A stretch of DNA of 64,000 nucleotides. It comes from Candidatus Sericytochromatia bacterium (GTDB lineage Bacteria; Cyanobacteriota; Sericytochromatia; S15B-MN24; JAQBPE01). Below the pieces are notes generated by a model. That model saw only the letters and a list, made by a program, of their open reading frames with translations. It had not been told where the DNA came from and made no database searches. Position 1 is the stretch's first letter. Every line of letters starts with the position of its first letter. The stretch is from the NCBI GenBank assembly GCA_040400605.1, contig JBBAPZ010000002.1, forward strand, positions 1-64,000. The letters run 5' to 3'. Both the position numbers and the translations under genes were made by a program. Below are positions 40,480-49,445 of this stretch, piece by piece.

Positions 40480-41274
40480 TTAGCCCTTGATTAACTGGTT
40501 CGCCGACTCCATCATTTTATCAGACGACGAAATCGCTTTGGAGGCGGCATCGTAAGACTTTTGTGTTGTGATCATCGTGACCATTTCCGTCACGATATCC
40601 ACATTGGATGTCTCCAGCATGCCCTGCTTGATAAGCCCGCGTCCTTCCAACGCTGGTCGCCCGATGACAGGTTCACCCGACGCGGGTGTCTGCTTGAGCA
40701 GGTTGTTGCCTGAGGCGGCCAGACCGGCTGGATTGGGGAAACGCGCGATGTTGATGACACCGACCTCTTCCTGTTCTGCCGACAACGGTCGACGCACCAG
40801 CACCAAACCATCCTCACGGATGTGGATATCCGTCGCATCGACCGGAATCTGAATCTGGGGAGACAGCAACAAACCCGTCGACGTCACGATGTTGCGCTGC
40901 GCATCCAATTTGAACGACCCATCCCGGGAGTAAGCCTGCGTCCCATCCCGTTCTTGCACAATGAAAAAATCATTGACCAAACCGATGGCATTTTGAGAGT
41001 TGTCGATCGCCAAATGCAACGGGTTATTGGTTACCTGCAAGGAGCCATGCGAGTACATCCTGGTCGTCGCCACCGGGCGCACGCCCCGGCCGACTTGAGA
41101 CCCCGCGTTCTCAAGACCGGGTTGATTCAACGTCTGGTAAACCAGGTCCTGAAAATCAACCATGCTCTTTTTGAATCCCGTGGTGTTCACGTTGGCCAAA
41201 TTGTTGGCGATGGTATCGATGCGCATTTGTTGCGCCTGCATGCCCGTCGCTGCCGTCCAAATTCCGTGAATCAT
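40480..41274 (-). CDS. flgG: Distal rod protein FlgG
   Basis: IANNLANVNTTGFK, FQDLVYQ, SRDGSF and LETSNVDIVTEMV motifs. Confidence 0.93.
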   Translation of the reverse strand: MIHGIWTAATGMQAQQMRIDTIANNLANVNTTGFKKSMVDFQDLVYQTLNQPGLENAGSQVGRGVRPVATTRMYSHGSLQVTNNPLHLAIDNSQNAIGLVNDFFIVQERDGTQAYSRDGSFKLDAQRNIVTSTGLLLSPQIQIPVDATDIHIREDGLVLVRRPLSAEQEEVGVINIARFPNPAGLAASGNNLLKQTPASGEPVIGRPALEGRGLIKQGMLETSNVDIVTEMVTMITTQKSYDAASKAISSSDKMMESANQLIKG

Positions 41275-41340
41275 TCTTTTGCTCCTCAAGCGCCCACGCG
41301 ACCTGATTATGTCCCAGTCACACGCCCAAGACTGTGACAC

Positions 41341-42075
41341 TTATTGCACGCGACCCAATTCGTTGGCCACTTTGTTGAGTAAATTGTCCTGGGTGGTGAT
41401 GGCTTTTTGACCAAACGAGAACGCCCGATTACCCGTCATCAGCGCAACCATCTCGGTCACCACGTTCACGTTGGAGCCTTCGAGATAACCTTGCTTCACC
41501 TGAAATGCATCCGTTGTGACAGGCGCGAAACGCGCGCTCACCGGAAAATTGCCCGCACCCGGATTTGGTGCATCAACCACTTTCAATCGCCCCACTTGAG
41601 CGTTCCCCGAAAAAATTGTCCCGTCTTCCCGGATGCGAAACTCACCACCGGTCAGCGTGTTGATACGCAAAGGGTTGCTGTCCACCCCAAGTATCCGTTC
41701 ACCTGTTTGTGTCGCCAAAAATCCGGCCGCGTCCAAAATGAAGTCGCCATTGCGTGTGGCCTGCACCCGACCATCCGCAGCCAGTGTCTGAAAATAACCG
41801 TTTCCGGAAATGGCCACGTTCAAGGGGTTTTGCGTGCGTATCAATGCCCCTTGGCTCTCGTGTCGGGCCGTGCCGACAACCCGCGTGCCCAGCCCCACCC
41901 GGTCACCGGCTTGGAGATGCTCGAAACGGGTTACATAGTCGCCAAAACTTTCACCAACCAACATCGTGCGCTTGTAGCCAGGCGTACTGATGTTGGCCAA
42001 GTTTGCAGCCCCTTCCACGACAGCGGTGGCCTGGAAATTCATGCCTGATGCCGCGATGTACATTCCCTTTAACAT
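41341..42075 (-). CDS. flgF: Rod protein FlgF (FlgF/FlgG family)
   Basis: ANLANISTPGYK, TRNGDF and YLEGSNVNVVTEMV motifs. Confidence 0.85.
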   Translation of the reverse strand: MLKGMYIAASGMNFQATAVVEGAANLANISTPGYKRTMLVGESFGDYVTRFEHLQAGDRVGLGTRVVGTARHESQGALIRTQNPLNVAISGNGYFQTLAADGRVQATRNGDFILDAAGFLATQTGERILGVDSNPLRINTLTGGEFRIREDGTIFSGNAQVGRLKVVDAPNPGAGNFPVSARFAPVTTDAFQVKQGYLEGSNVNVVTEMVALMTGNRAFSFGQKAITTQDNLLNKVANELGRVQ

Positions 42076-42081
42076 GCCGGT

Positions 42082-42393
42082 TCAACTCCCCTTGTTTTTC
42101 TTCATCAAACGCCCCAGTCCCGTCGGCAACGGCTCATCCAGTCCGAGTATGAAATCCAGCACCTGCTCGCAGGCAGGAACAAGGACGGGGGGCACACTGC
42201 CTTCCGTATTTGGCGCGGACACATCCAGTTTTTTGCCACCCGCCGATGGCGATCGCTTGGGAATCAGAAAACTGATTTCCCCGGGCGGCGCATTCGGATC
42301 CAGGCGCACGGCAAACGGGTCATCCTCACGCGCCGTCCCTGCATCACCTTGCCGTCGCTTGCCACTCGAACCGGTCCGGTCTTGTTCGCTCAC
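42082..42393 (-). CDS. Degenerate FlhB C-terminal-like protein (FlhX/YlqH type)
   Basis: AVRLDPNAP and VPPVLVPACEQVLDFILGLD echo AVALxYD..AP and IPxELYxAVAEVLAFIYxLD; follows a FliK-like gene. Confidence 0.5.
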   Translation of the reverse strand: MSEQDRTGSSGKRRQGDAGTAREDDPFAVRLDPNAPPGEISFLIPKRSPSAGGKKLDVSAPNTEGSVPPVLVPACEQVLDFILGLDEPLPTGLGRLMKKNKGS

Positions 42394-42403
42394 ATCACGT
42401 TCC

Positions 42404-43513
42404 TCACAAAATGCCCTCCGCACGACTGAGGCGACGCACGTCCCGCCGCCTCGGCAGCAAGGCACTGATGGTTCGCGCCGGCCCCACCGTTCGTACGCTG
42501 ATGCTATCCACCTCATACGGTACAGCTGCCAAACTCTGACGCAACAGCGCCAATCGGGCTTCTACGCGCTTTTTGACGGTATCCTCCGGGACCTCGATCA
42601 ACACAGTCAAACGCCCACGGATAAACGTCAATTCCACGGTGATTCGTCCCAGATGCCGCGTATCGATCGCCAGTGTCACCCGTACGAACGCAGTGGCGAC
42701 GCCGCGTTGTCCCCCACCTTCCTGCTGCACGAGGACTTCCCCGGGAAGCGGTTGCGCATCGCGCCAGATGAAAAACGGAAAGATTTGCACCGGGTTGCCC
42801 GCATTGGCCAACAGTTTCTGCCCCTCGAACAACTGCTTCAAACGCTGCAACTCCAGTGCGGTCTCAGAACCCAACCCGCGCGCCTCCAAACGGGACAATT
42901 CCTCGGCCATGCCAGAAAGCAAACCCTGAAACTGCGGCAATTGTTGAACCGGTCTTTGCTCCAATTTGCCCAATTGCCAAAATGCCGTGAGTTTTCGGCC
43001 CAACCCGAGCATTTTTGTATTCGGTTCAGCCTTTAACGCCATGGTCAAACGCGCAAGCAAATGGGTGAAAGGACCACCTGACAGCAACTGCAGCAATGCG
43101 TCAATTGCCCCCGGATTCATCCTGATTCCCTGGCTGTAGGCCAATACGATCGCTTCCAGATAATTGGGATCGGGGAAACCCAATTCGCTCCATTGTTTCG
43201 CGATTTGAGCAATGGCATCACCATCAATCCCTTGCCCGTAACGCAGCAATTCCTTGGCGATGCGCAAGTGCTCCAAAGTCGGCGAAACACCCATTGCACC
43301 CAGTCGCGCCAACAAGCTGGCATCGTTATGAAATCCGAAATAACGCTTCGCCGGTACATTGGCCGCAGCATTTTGCGCACTGCCCCCCGGGACGCCCGCT
43401 GCAGCCCCTGCCTCCCGACTGCCCTCGGTATTGAGCCCACCACGACCCGCCACGCTGCGGCGTTGTTGTGGCAACTGCCCCGGAACCTGTGGTGTACCAG
43501 GAATCTCAGGCAT
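42404..43513 (-). CDS. FliK-like C-terminal domain protein (YlqG type)
   Basis: LAIDTRHLGRITVELTFIRGRLTVLI; first gene of the flg operon. Confidence 0.6.
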   Translation of the reverse strand: MPEIPGTPQVPGQLPQQRRSVAGRGGLNTEGSREAGAAAGVPGGSAQNAAANVPAKRYFGFHNDASLLARLGAMGVSPTLEHLRIAKELLRYGQGIDGDAIAQIAKQWSELGFPDPNYLEAIVLAYSQGIRMNPGAIDALLQLLSGGPFTHLLARLTMALKAEPNTKMLGLGRKLTAFWQLGKLEQRPVQQLPQFQGLLSGMAEELSRLEARGLGSETALELQRLKQLFEGQKLLANAGNPVQIFPFFIWRDAQPLPGEVLVQQEGGGQRGVATAFVRVTLAIDTRHLGRITVELTFIRGRLTVLIEVPEDTVKKRVEARLALLRQSLAAVPYEVDSISVRTVGPARTISALLPRRRDVRRLSRAEGIL

Positions 43514-43740
43514 ATCCCACCTTCGCCGACGCCAAAAACATCCCTACGTCAAACACTCTACCCGGCTCCATGAGACCGTAAACCGTTCAGGCAAGGGTCT
43601 TTGCGGCTTTTTTCAGCGTGTGTGATGCCTGCGTGATCCAAAACACAAGCAGCGAGGCTGATCATGCCACGCCTCTGTCAACGGGACTATGATCCCGCTC
43701 ACGTTTACACGCTTACGTTTGCCAAGGGTAACGAATGGAT

Positions 43741-45315
43741 TCAGCGCCTTGAAGCGGGCTGACCACCCGGAATGACCTGGCCCCCGGGACCATACGTCAC
43801 CGGGTTGTTGCTGGTGGCTGTGCCGCCACCGACACCACCACCAAAATCCTGCGCGGCGGTATTGACCCCACGCCAATCGAACGTGCGCTCTAAAATCATG
43901 CCGTTCGCGCCGACGACAAAACCTTCGCCCTGCGGCAGCAGGTCAATGGAATAAAAAGCGCCGGACAGTGAGCCTGAATAATAATTGGTGTCCAGCTTCA
44001 AGACGCCGCCGACGTTGGCCAGCAAGTTGCCAAAAATCGATTTCGGATTGCGTTCAAATCGAAAATCTGGACGGCGGATCTGCCCCAACGCCCAACCTTC
44101 GGTTCCCGAAATCATCTCAATGTCATGAAGCGGTACCTGATCCAGGTTCTCCACCGCTGTATCCCAACGACCAGGGATCCAACCATCCCGGCGGGGATCG
44201 TACTGCAAAAACAACCCCCGTGGGTTAATCAACAGATTGTCGCGCGTACCCACCGCATACCCTTGGGTATCGCTAACCATCTTGATGGCCTTCAATTCCT
44301 GTTGATCACTCAGCGAAAACGTGTCCCGATTGCCCCAAAAACCATTCACGCGCCACCGGCCTTGATCGAATTTCAGGATCAACGGCGTACCACCAGGAAT
44401 GCCATCGCCACCCACGGCCCAACCGCGTTGCGGCGAAAGCATCTGCACATCGTTCAAACGGCCACGTACCGGCGACTCGAACGCCTTCCAACTTGCCCCA
44501 TCGTAATGCATAATCAGCGCCTGACCATTCGTTTCTTGCCCAACCGCCCACACATCCCGCTCAGACAGAACCGATACCGCATTCAGCGCGCCAGATAAAA
44601 CCGGCAACTTGTCCATCTGCCACGTGCGCCCGTTCCAACGCGCAACAAAAGGCGTCTGCGATCCCTTGCGCTCGCCAACAACCCAGCCCAATGCACTGTT
44701 GGCAAATCCAATGCCCTTCACCCGCGCATCCGAGTAAGCGAAAGAAGCGTCCCGACGCCAAGCACCATTCAACCAGTGCAGCAAAATCCCGCCATCACCA
44801 CCAGCCCAAGCCTCCACCCGGGAAACCATCTCCACGGCATACAAGTCTTGATTGACAGGGCTTGCAACCTGCTGCCACGCATACAGCGGCTGTTCGATCT
44901 GCAAGGTCGCAGTCGCTTCAATGCCCTGGATCAGGGCCGTTACTTTCAACGTCCCCGGTACATCCGGTCGCATTACCCCATTGCGATCAATCACCCCCAT
45001 CTGCGGGTTCGACAAATCCCACTGCACCAAACGCGGGTCCGTATAAGACTTGCCATCCGAACCCAGCACAGTCACCGTCAAACGCGATGCAATCCCCACC
45101 CGTCCAATCGAGTTGGCAGGCTCCACTATCACCTGACGGGCCTCCACACCAGGCGGCAAAGTCGGCACCAACTCGGGCTGCACCATCCGGGACGAACCAA
45201 AATTATCCGAACCCACCGGCCCCATCGGCATCGGCATGTATCCACAACCAACCGTCCACGTCGCCGCAAGCACCGCCGCCACCCATTGTATTGCGCTCAG
45301 GTTTCTTGCAAACAT
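43741..45315 (-). CDS. Lipoprotein with an Ig-like domain and BNR/YCF48-like beta-propeller repeats
   Basis: Lipobox TVG-C; repeated LNAV..WAVG..ILHWDGxxW units. Confidence 0.75.
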   Translation of the reverse strand: MFARNLSAIQWVAAVLAATWTVGCGYMPMPMGPVGSDNFGSSRMVQPELVPTLPPGVEARQVIVEPANSIGRVGIASRLTVTVLGSDGKSYTDPRLVQWDLSNPQMGVIDRNGVMRPDVPGTLKVTALIQGIEATATLQIEQPLYAWQQVASPVNQDLYAVEMVSRVEAWAGGDGGILLHWLNGAWRRDASFAYSDARVKGIGFANSALGWVVGERKGSQTPFVARWNGRTWQMDKLPVLSGALNAVSVLSERDVWAVGQETNGQALIMHYDGASWKAFESPVRGRLNDVQMLSPQRGWAVGGDGIPGGTPLILKFDQGRWRVNGFWGNRDTFSLSDQQELKAIKMVSDTQGYAVGTRDNLLINPRGLFLQYDPRRDGWIPGRWDTAVENLDQVPLHDIEMISGTEGWALGQIRRPDFRFERNPKSIFGNLLANVGGVLKLDTNYYSGSLSGAFYSIDLLPQGEGFVVGANGMILERTFDWRGVNTAAQDFGGGVGGGTATSNNPVTYGPGGQVIPGGQPASRR

Positions 45316-45687
45316 CGCTTCACTTCCCCAATAGACACCATCAACCCTGAAGAAACTTCATAATTCAGTATCACGCACCGGAAGCTGACACTTGTGTTAA
45401 GTTTCACGGAAGGAAAGGTTATCACTGTTCGTTAACAATGGGGCAGTCAGCATAAACGCGCGTCGTTTCATTCAAAAAGACCGGATGTCATTTGATCGTG
45501 CGGAGACGTCACGGGAACAGCGTCACGCCGGGTGGACTCTCATCGCTCACGCCGATCCAAGTCGTGCCGCCATCAAGTAAATACCCCTGTTCGAGCAGCG
45601 TAGAAGCAACGACGGTGCGGTTGCCCGCATCCTCTGACCGTGTTGGGTCAGCTTTTTGTTACGCGCTGCCGTTCGCGGCCTGACCCT

Positions 45688-46323
45688 TTAAAAGGACTCC
45701 CGTCGGATCAGCCCCACGAATTTGCCCTGAATCACGACCTGGCGCACATACAGAGGCGCCATGGCCGTGTTTGATGGCTGCAGGCGAATGACACCATCCG
45801 CTTCTCGATAGATGCGCTTCAAGGTGACATCACCATCCTCGAGCAAGGCCACCACGATGTCACCGTCGCGCGCCACATTTTGTCGTTTGATGACCGCCCA
45901 ATCGCCATCATCAATATGATCCCCAATCATCGATTGGCCTTTGATTTTCAGTACAAACAAGTCAGGATCCGCGAACAATTGCGGTAAATTCAACACCTCA
46001 TCCGATAAAGCGATCGCATCAATGGGCGCCCCCGCAGCGATGGACCCCAGCACAGGCAAACAACCAGGCCCCAGTAATGCGCCTGCCTCGGCAGCGTCAT
46101 CTGGCACATCGTCGTGACGCGCCAACACCCGGATCGCCCGGTTTTTACCCCCCTCCCACTGAATCAGCCCGCGTGCAGCCAATCCCGTCAGGTGATAATG
46201 CACGGTCGATGTCGAACGTAACCCCAACGCCTCACCAATCTCACGAATCGACGGCACAAAACCGTGCGCTTTCAGATAAGCGATCAAATACTCGTAAACC
46301 TTGTCCTGACGCCCCTGTACCAC
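45688..46323 (-). CDS. lexA: SOS repressor LexA
   Basis: PSIREIG helix-turn-helix; AAG cleavage site; GQSM serine and VTLKR lysine. Confidence 0.97.
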   Translation of the reverse strand: MVQGRQDKVYEYLIAYLKAHGFVPSIREIGEALGLRSTSTVHYHLTGLAARGLIQWEGGKNRAIRVLARHDDVPDDAAEAGALLGPGCLPVLGSIAAGAPIDAIALSDEVLNLPQLFADPDLFVLKIKGQSMIGDHIDDGDWAVIKRQNVARDGDIVVALLEDGDVTLKRIYREADGVIRLQPSNTAMAPLYVRQVVIQGKFVGLIRRESF

Positions 46324-46385
46324 CGACTACCTCGCTTGATGACTCACTTCGTCCCATTCATCAACATATACAGCCAAGTTCCATC

Positions 46386-46403
46386 TTGGAACACATGTTC
46401 CAA
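46386..46403. promoter_or_regulatory. SOS box (GAAC-N4-GTTC) upstream of lexA
   Basis: ttgGAACacatGTTCcaa, 8-bp inverted arms, about 65 nt upstream of lexA. Confidence 0.85.
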
Positions 46404-46863
46404 TTTGACAAGGCCTTTGCGCACCAGTCAATTGCAAAGTGGGCGCGAAAACAGCCGATCACTGAATCCCGGTGTCCTCGATGGCCGTCCGCCAGATTCC
46501 CCGTTCATTCATCGCAGGCCGGTATCAATGAATGGTTGACGCTCGCCGCGTGATGATTGCGTCCATCGGGCATTCAACTGTCACTGTCCGAAATCCTGGA
46601 AAATACGCAGTCGTTGCGTCATCGAAACCTACGCGATCCACAAAACGGTTTGCTGCGATGTACAGGCGAAGCAAGTCCAAACAGACCCCAACGGCGTTGC
46701 AAGCACGTCTCGGTTTTTATGATGGGTCGAATGAGCGATGATCAGTTATCAAGGAGGTTTGATCAGCCAATTGGCGCGCGCTCGGTGGTGGGTGCTTACA
46801 GATCGCTTCGTTGCGGGTATAAGGCGATCGTGTGGATTTGGGGGAGAGACGGTGATACACGGG

Positions 46864-47448
46864 ATGCGGGTATTTTTTGGTGCGGCTGTGGCCAGTGTAT
46901 TGGCTGCCTCTGTGGGGGCCTGTGGGTTTTACACGAATGTTCCGGCGCAGATCAGCGTTGTGAATGTCAAACCAGGTCAGATCACCTACAACCGTGACTC
47001 AGGCAAACTGGCGATCGAATATGAACAACCGGAGATGAATCTCCGCGTGGAACACGGCAGCATCGGTGCGACGTTCAATAAGATGAACGTGGCGTATTTT
47101 TACAGCAACGGCGCCAAGGCCGACACAGAAGTTCCCCCGCTCAACCTTGGGATGACCGTGCGGGTGGATACGGGTGTTTATCCCACCAATATTCGCGCGG
47201 ATGCGCCGGAGGCGGTTGACCCCGCGCAGGTGGGCAACAAGGTGCTCGCACCGATTACCAAGGTCAGTGTGCCTATCCTCACGCGCCACGTGACACAGTT
47301 CGGCCTCAAAAGCGAGCTGCCAACCGGCAACGCGGCTGCCATTTACGCTGTCGTCAACCTGACCGGATATGATGACGCCAACTTCGAGACCCGACTCGAG
47401 GCCTTCGTCCCCATTACGTTCATCGGTCAACCTGGAGCCATCAATTGA
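46864..47448 (+). CDS. Hypothetical lipoprotein
   Basis: Lipobox VGA-C; beta-rich; stop overlaps the next pilin-like gene. Confidence 0.7.
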   Translation: MRVFFGAAVASVLAASVGACGFYTNVPAQISVVNVKPGQITYNRDSGKLAIEYEQPEMNLRVEHGSIGATFNKMNVAYFYSNGAKADTEVPPLNLGMTVRVDTGVYPTNIRADAPEAVDPAQVGNKVLAPITKVSVPILTRHVTQFGLKSELPTGNAAAIYAVVNLTGYDDANFETRLEAFVPITFIGQPGAIN

Positions 47449-47609
47449 AACGACTCGCCTGTGAAGGGGGGGTGACCACCGTTGAGTATGCCTTGATCGC
47501 CTCTGCGATCTGCTTCGGCCTGCTCGGCGCCTCTTACACTATTCAGGCATTGCAACGCGTTCAGTTTCAACAACATCAAAAAGCCACCAAGACCTGGCGA
47601 TCGCCCTGA
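47445..47609 (+). CDS. Flp/Fap pilin-like protein (54 aa, absent from the ORF track)
   Basis: MKRLACEGGVTTVEYALIASAICFGLLG: G-x4-EY motif plus transmembrane helix; RBS ggag; TTGA overlap. Confidence 0.7.
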   Translation: MKRLACEGGVTTVEYALIASAICFGLLGASYTIQALQRVQFQQHQKATKTWRSP

Positions 47610-47908
47610 TCCACCCCGCGCGTCAACCGGCGATTTTGCAGCAACCAGCCTTCGTTGCTGCTTGCTGTGCATCCTTGCCTGATCATGCAAGCGAAGGACC
47701 CCAGGCGCCCTGCACACTGACCCAACAGGACTCAAACACGAATACTCACGCCACTTGCTGGTCATGAACCCGCAGGTTTACCCAGTGCCCCATCCCTGTC
47801 CGGACTAAGAAAGCAAACGACATCAAGCGCTTCATGCCACGTGTCAACGGCAAACAGCACGGGCTGGGGCTGAATATTGGGTGTTTTGACACGCTTGCTT
47901 CGCTTCGA

Positions 47909-47933
47909 TTAACCAATATTAAGCATTATTTAA
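47909..47933. promoter_or_regulatory. TTAA-N6-TTAA-N7-TTAA array upstream of the flp pilins
   Basis: ttaa-ccaata-ttaa-gcattat-ttaa. Confidence 0.5.
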
Positions 47934-48047
47934 ACTTGACTTTACCTTGGAGACGCAAGGCACAAGATGATGACGGCGATAAGGATGGTGCAGGCTGCGA
48001 GATTGTGAGTCTGAAGCGTTAAAGTCATTTGGGGAAGGAGCCGAAAG

Positions 48048-48239
48048 ATGAATCTGGTTTACAAGTTGATTCAGGAAGAAGACGGTCAGGCGCTGGTGGA
48101 GTACGGCTTGATTCTGGGTTTGGTCTCGGTTGGCTTGACCATTACGTTGACGGCGATGAAGGGTGAGATCGGCAAGACTTTTGAATACGTCGTGAAGCAG
48201 TTGAAGAGCGCGCAATCAGCCACCGCGGCCAAGAAGTAA
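48048..48239 (+). CDS. flp: Flp family type IVb pilin
   Basis: EEDGQALVEYGLILGLV; RBS aaggag. Confidence 0.93.
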   Translation: MNLVYKLIQEEDGQALVEYGLILGLVSVGLTITLTAMKGEIGKTFEYVVKQLKSAQSATAAKK

Positions 48240-48253
48240 GCGTACGGTGCGCG

Positions 48254-48430
48254 ATGTTGCATGACTTGCTCACCAATGAAGACGGGCAGGCTCTGGTCGA
48301 GTATGGCCTGATCCTGGGCTTGGTCTCGGTGGCGCTGGTGACGTCACTGACAGGCATCAAGGCTGGTTTGCTGAATGTGTTCAATGATGTCGTGGGCAAG
48401 TTGGGCAAGGCGACCACAGCCAAGACTTGA
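48254..48430 (+). CDS. flp: Second Flp family pilin (58 aa, absent from the ORF track)
   Basis: MLHDLLTNEDGQALVEYGLILGLVSVALVTSL. Confidence 0.9.
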   Translation: MLHDLLTNEDGQALVEYGLILGLVSVALVTSLTGIKAGLLNVFNDVVGKLGKATTAKT

Positions 48431-48488
48431 GCGTGTTGGCTGACCGGGGATACGGCGCCTGACCGCGCCATAGTTTTGGTTTCCTTCC

Positions 48489-48534
48489 GTATCCGAAGAT
48501 GGTGCAACCAAGCGGTTGACTCATCTTCGGATAC
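48489..48534. terminator. Strong hairpin after the pilin genes (terminator or mRNA stabiliser)
   Basis: gtatccgaagatg...catcttcggatac 13-bp perfect stem with an inner caacc/ggttg pair. Confidence 0.6.
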
Positions 48535-48896
48535 TTCATGCTGATCCGGTGACAGTCAGCTTGATTTAATGAATACTGTTGGGACGATAGACTGTTTTGT
48601 ACAGATTCTGACTGACAAAGAGCCGTCCGATCACTTCCAATGTGAACCTGCGCCGGTCGCTGGTCACGTCACAAGCTTCCAGTTGATCCCTGATTAATAG
48701 GAATCTGTCTAGCACTTCCATGGGCTCAGGGATTGCGACGTGGGCTGTCATGGCAAGCATTCCGGCTCACGCGGTTTCTGGCGCTTGATCGTTCGTGCTG
48801 CAATCACGCGGTGTAAAACGTAGGCGCCCGGGGTTCCTTGGGTACAATGGTCAACATCACGCGCCCCTTGTGCTTTTGGTTGAAGGGATGTCACGG

Positions 48897-49445
48897 ATGG
48901 TAGCCATCTGGCAAATGGGTCTGACAGGCATTGTGTTGGTTGCGATGGCGACGGACTTGAAGCGTCGCAAGATTTATAACTGGCTGACCTTTCCGGCCAT
49001 GCTTGTGGGGCTGATCCTGCAAGGCGTGTTTGGTGGCACATCGGGTGTGCAGTCGGGCTTGGTGGGGCTTTTGGTTGGCAGCGTGATTTTTCTGATCGGA
49101 TTTGTGGTCGGGGCGATGGGCGCTGGTGACGTGAAGCTGATGGCTGCGGTGGGTGCGTGGCTCGGCTGGCCCCATGCGGTGGCGGCTGTGTTGTATGTGA
49201 GTTGTTTTGGTGGGCTCATTGCGATTGTGGCTGCGGTGATGCATGGCAGCCTGTGGCGCATGTTGGCGAATGTGTATTGGTTTATGGTGGGGTTGGTGTT
49301 GCCGGGTGGCAAGGCGCAAGCGGCATTTGCCCAGAGTGCGGCGCCGCCTGTGCCTTATGGGGTGTCGATCGCCCTGGGCACGATACTGGCCTTGTTTTAT
49401 CCTGAGCCCATTCATTTGCTCGCGGCACTTGGAGTCGGGTCGTGA
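48897..49445 (+). CDS. cpaA: Prepilin peptidase CpaA/TadV (A24 family)
   Basis: TDLKRRKIYNWLT, MGAGDVKLMAAVGAWLG and VPYGVSIALG motifs. Confidence 0.93.
   Translation: MVAIWQMGLTGIVLVAMATDLKRRKIYNWLTFPAMLVGLILQGVFGGTSGVQSGLVGLLVGSVIFLIGFVVGAMGAGDVKLMAAVGAWLGWPHAVAAVLYVSCFGGLIAIVAAVMHGSLWRMLANVYWFMVGLVLPGGKAQAAFAQSAAPPVPYGVSIALGTILALFYPEPIHLLAALGVGS

Noticed and set aside
41990..43036. Long antisense ORFs (this one, and also 13973-14905, 49970-50794 and 62006-62758)
   Set aside because: These are shadow ORFs opposite well-supported genes, expected at this GC content.
47610..48047. c-di-GMP-I riboswitch upstream of the pilins
   Set aside because: The ggcaaac and gacgcaa fragments are not arranged with the GNRA P2 stem and receptor hairpin.
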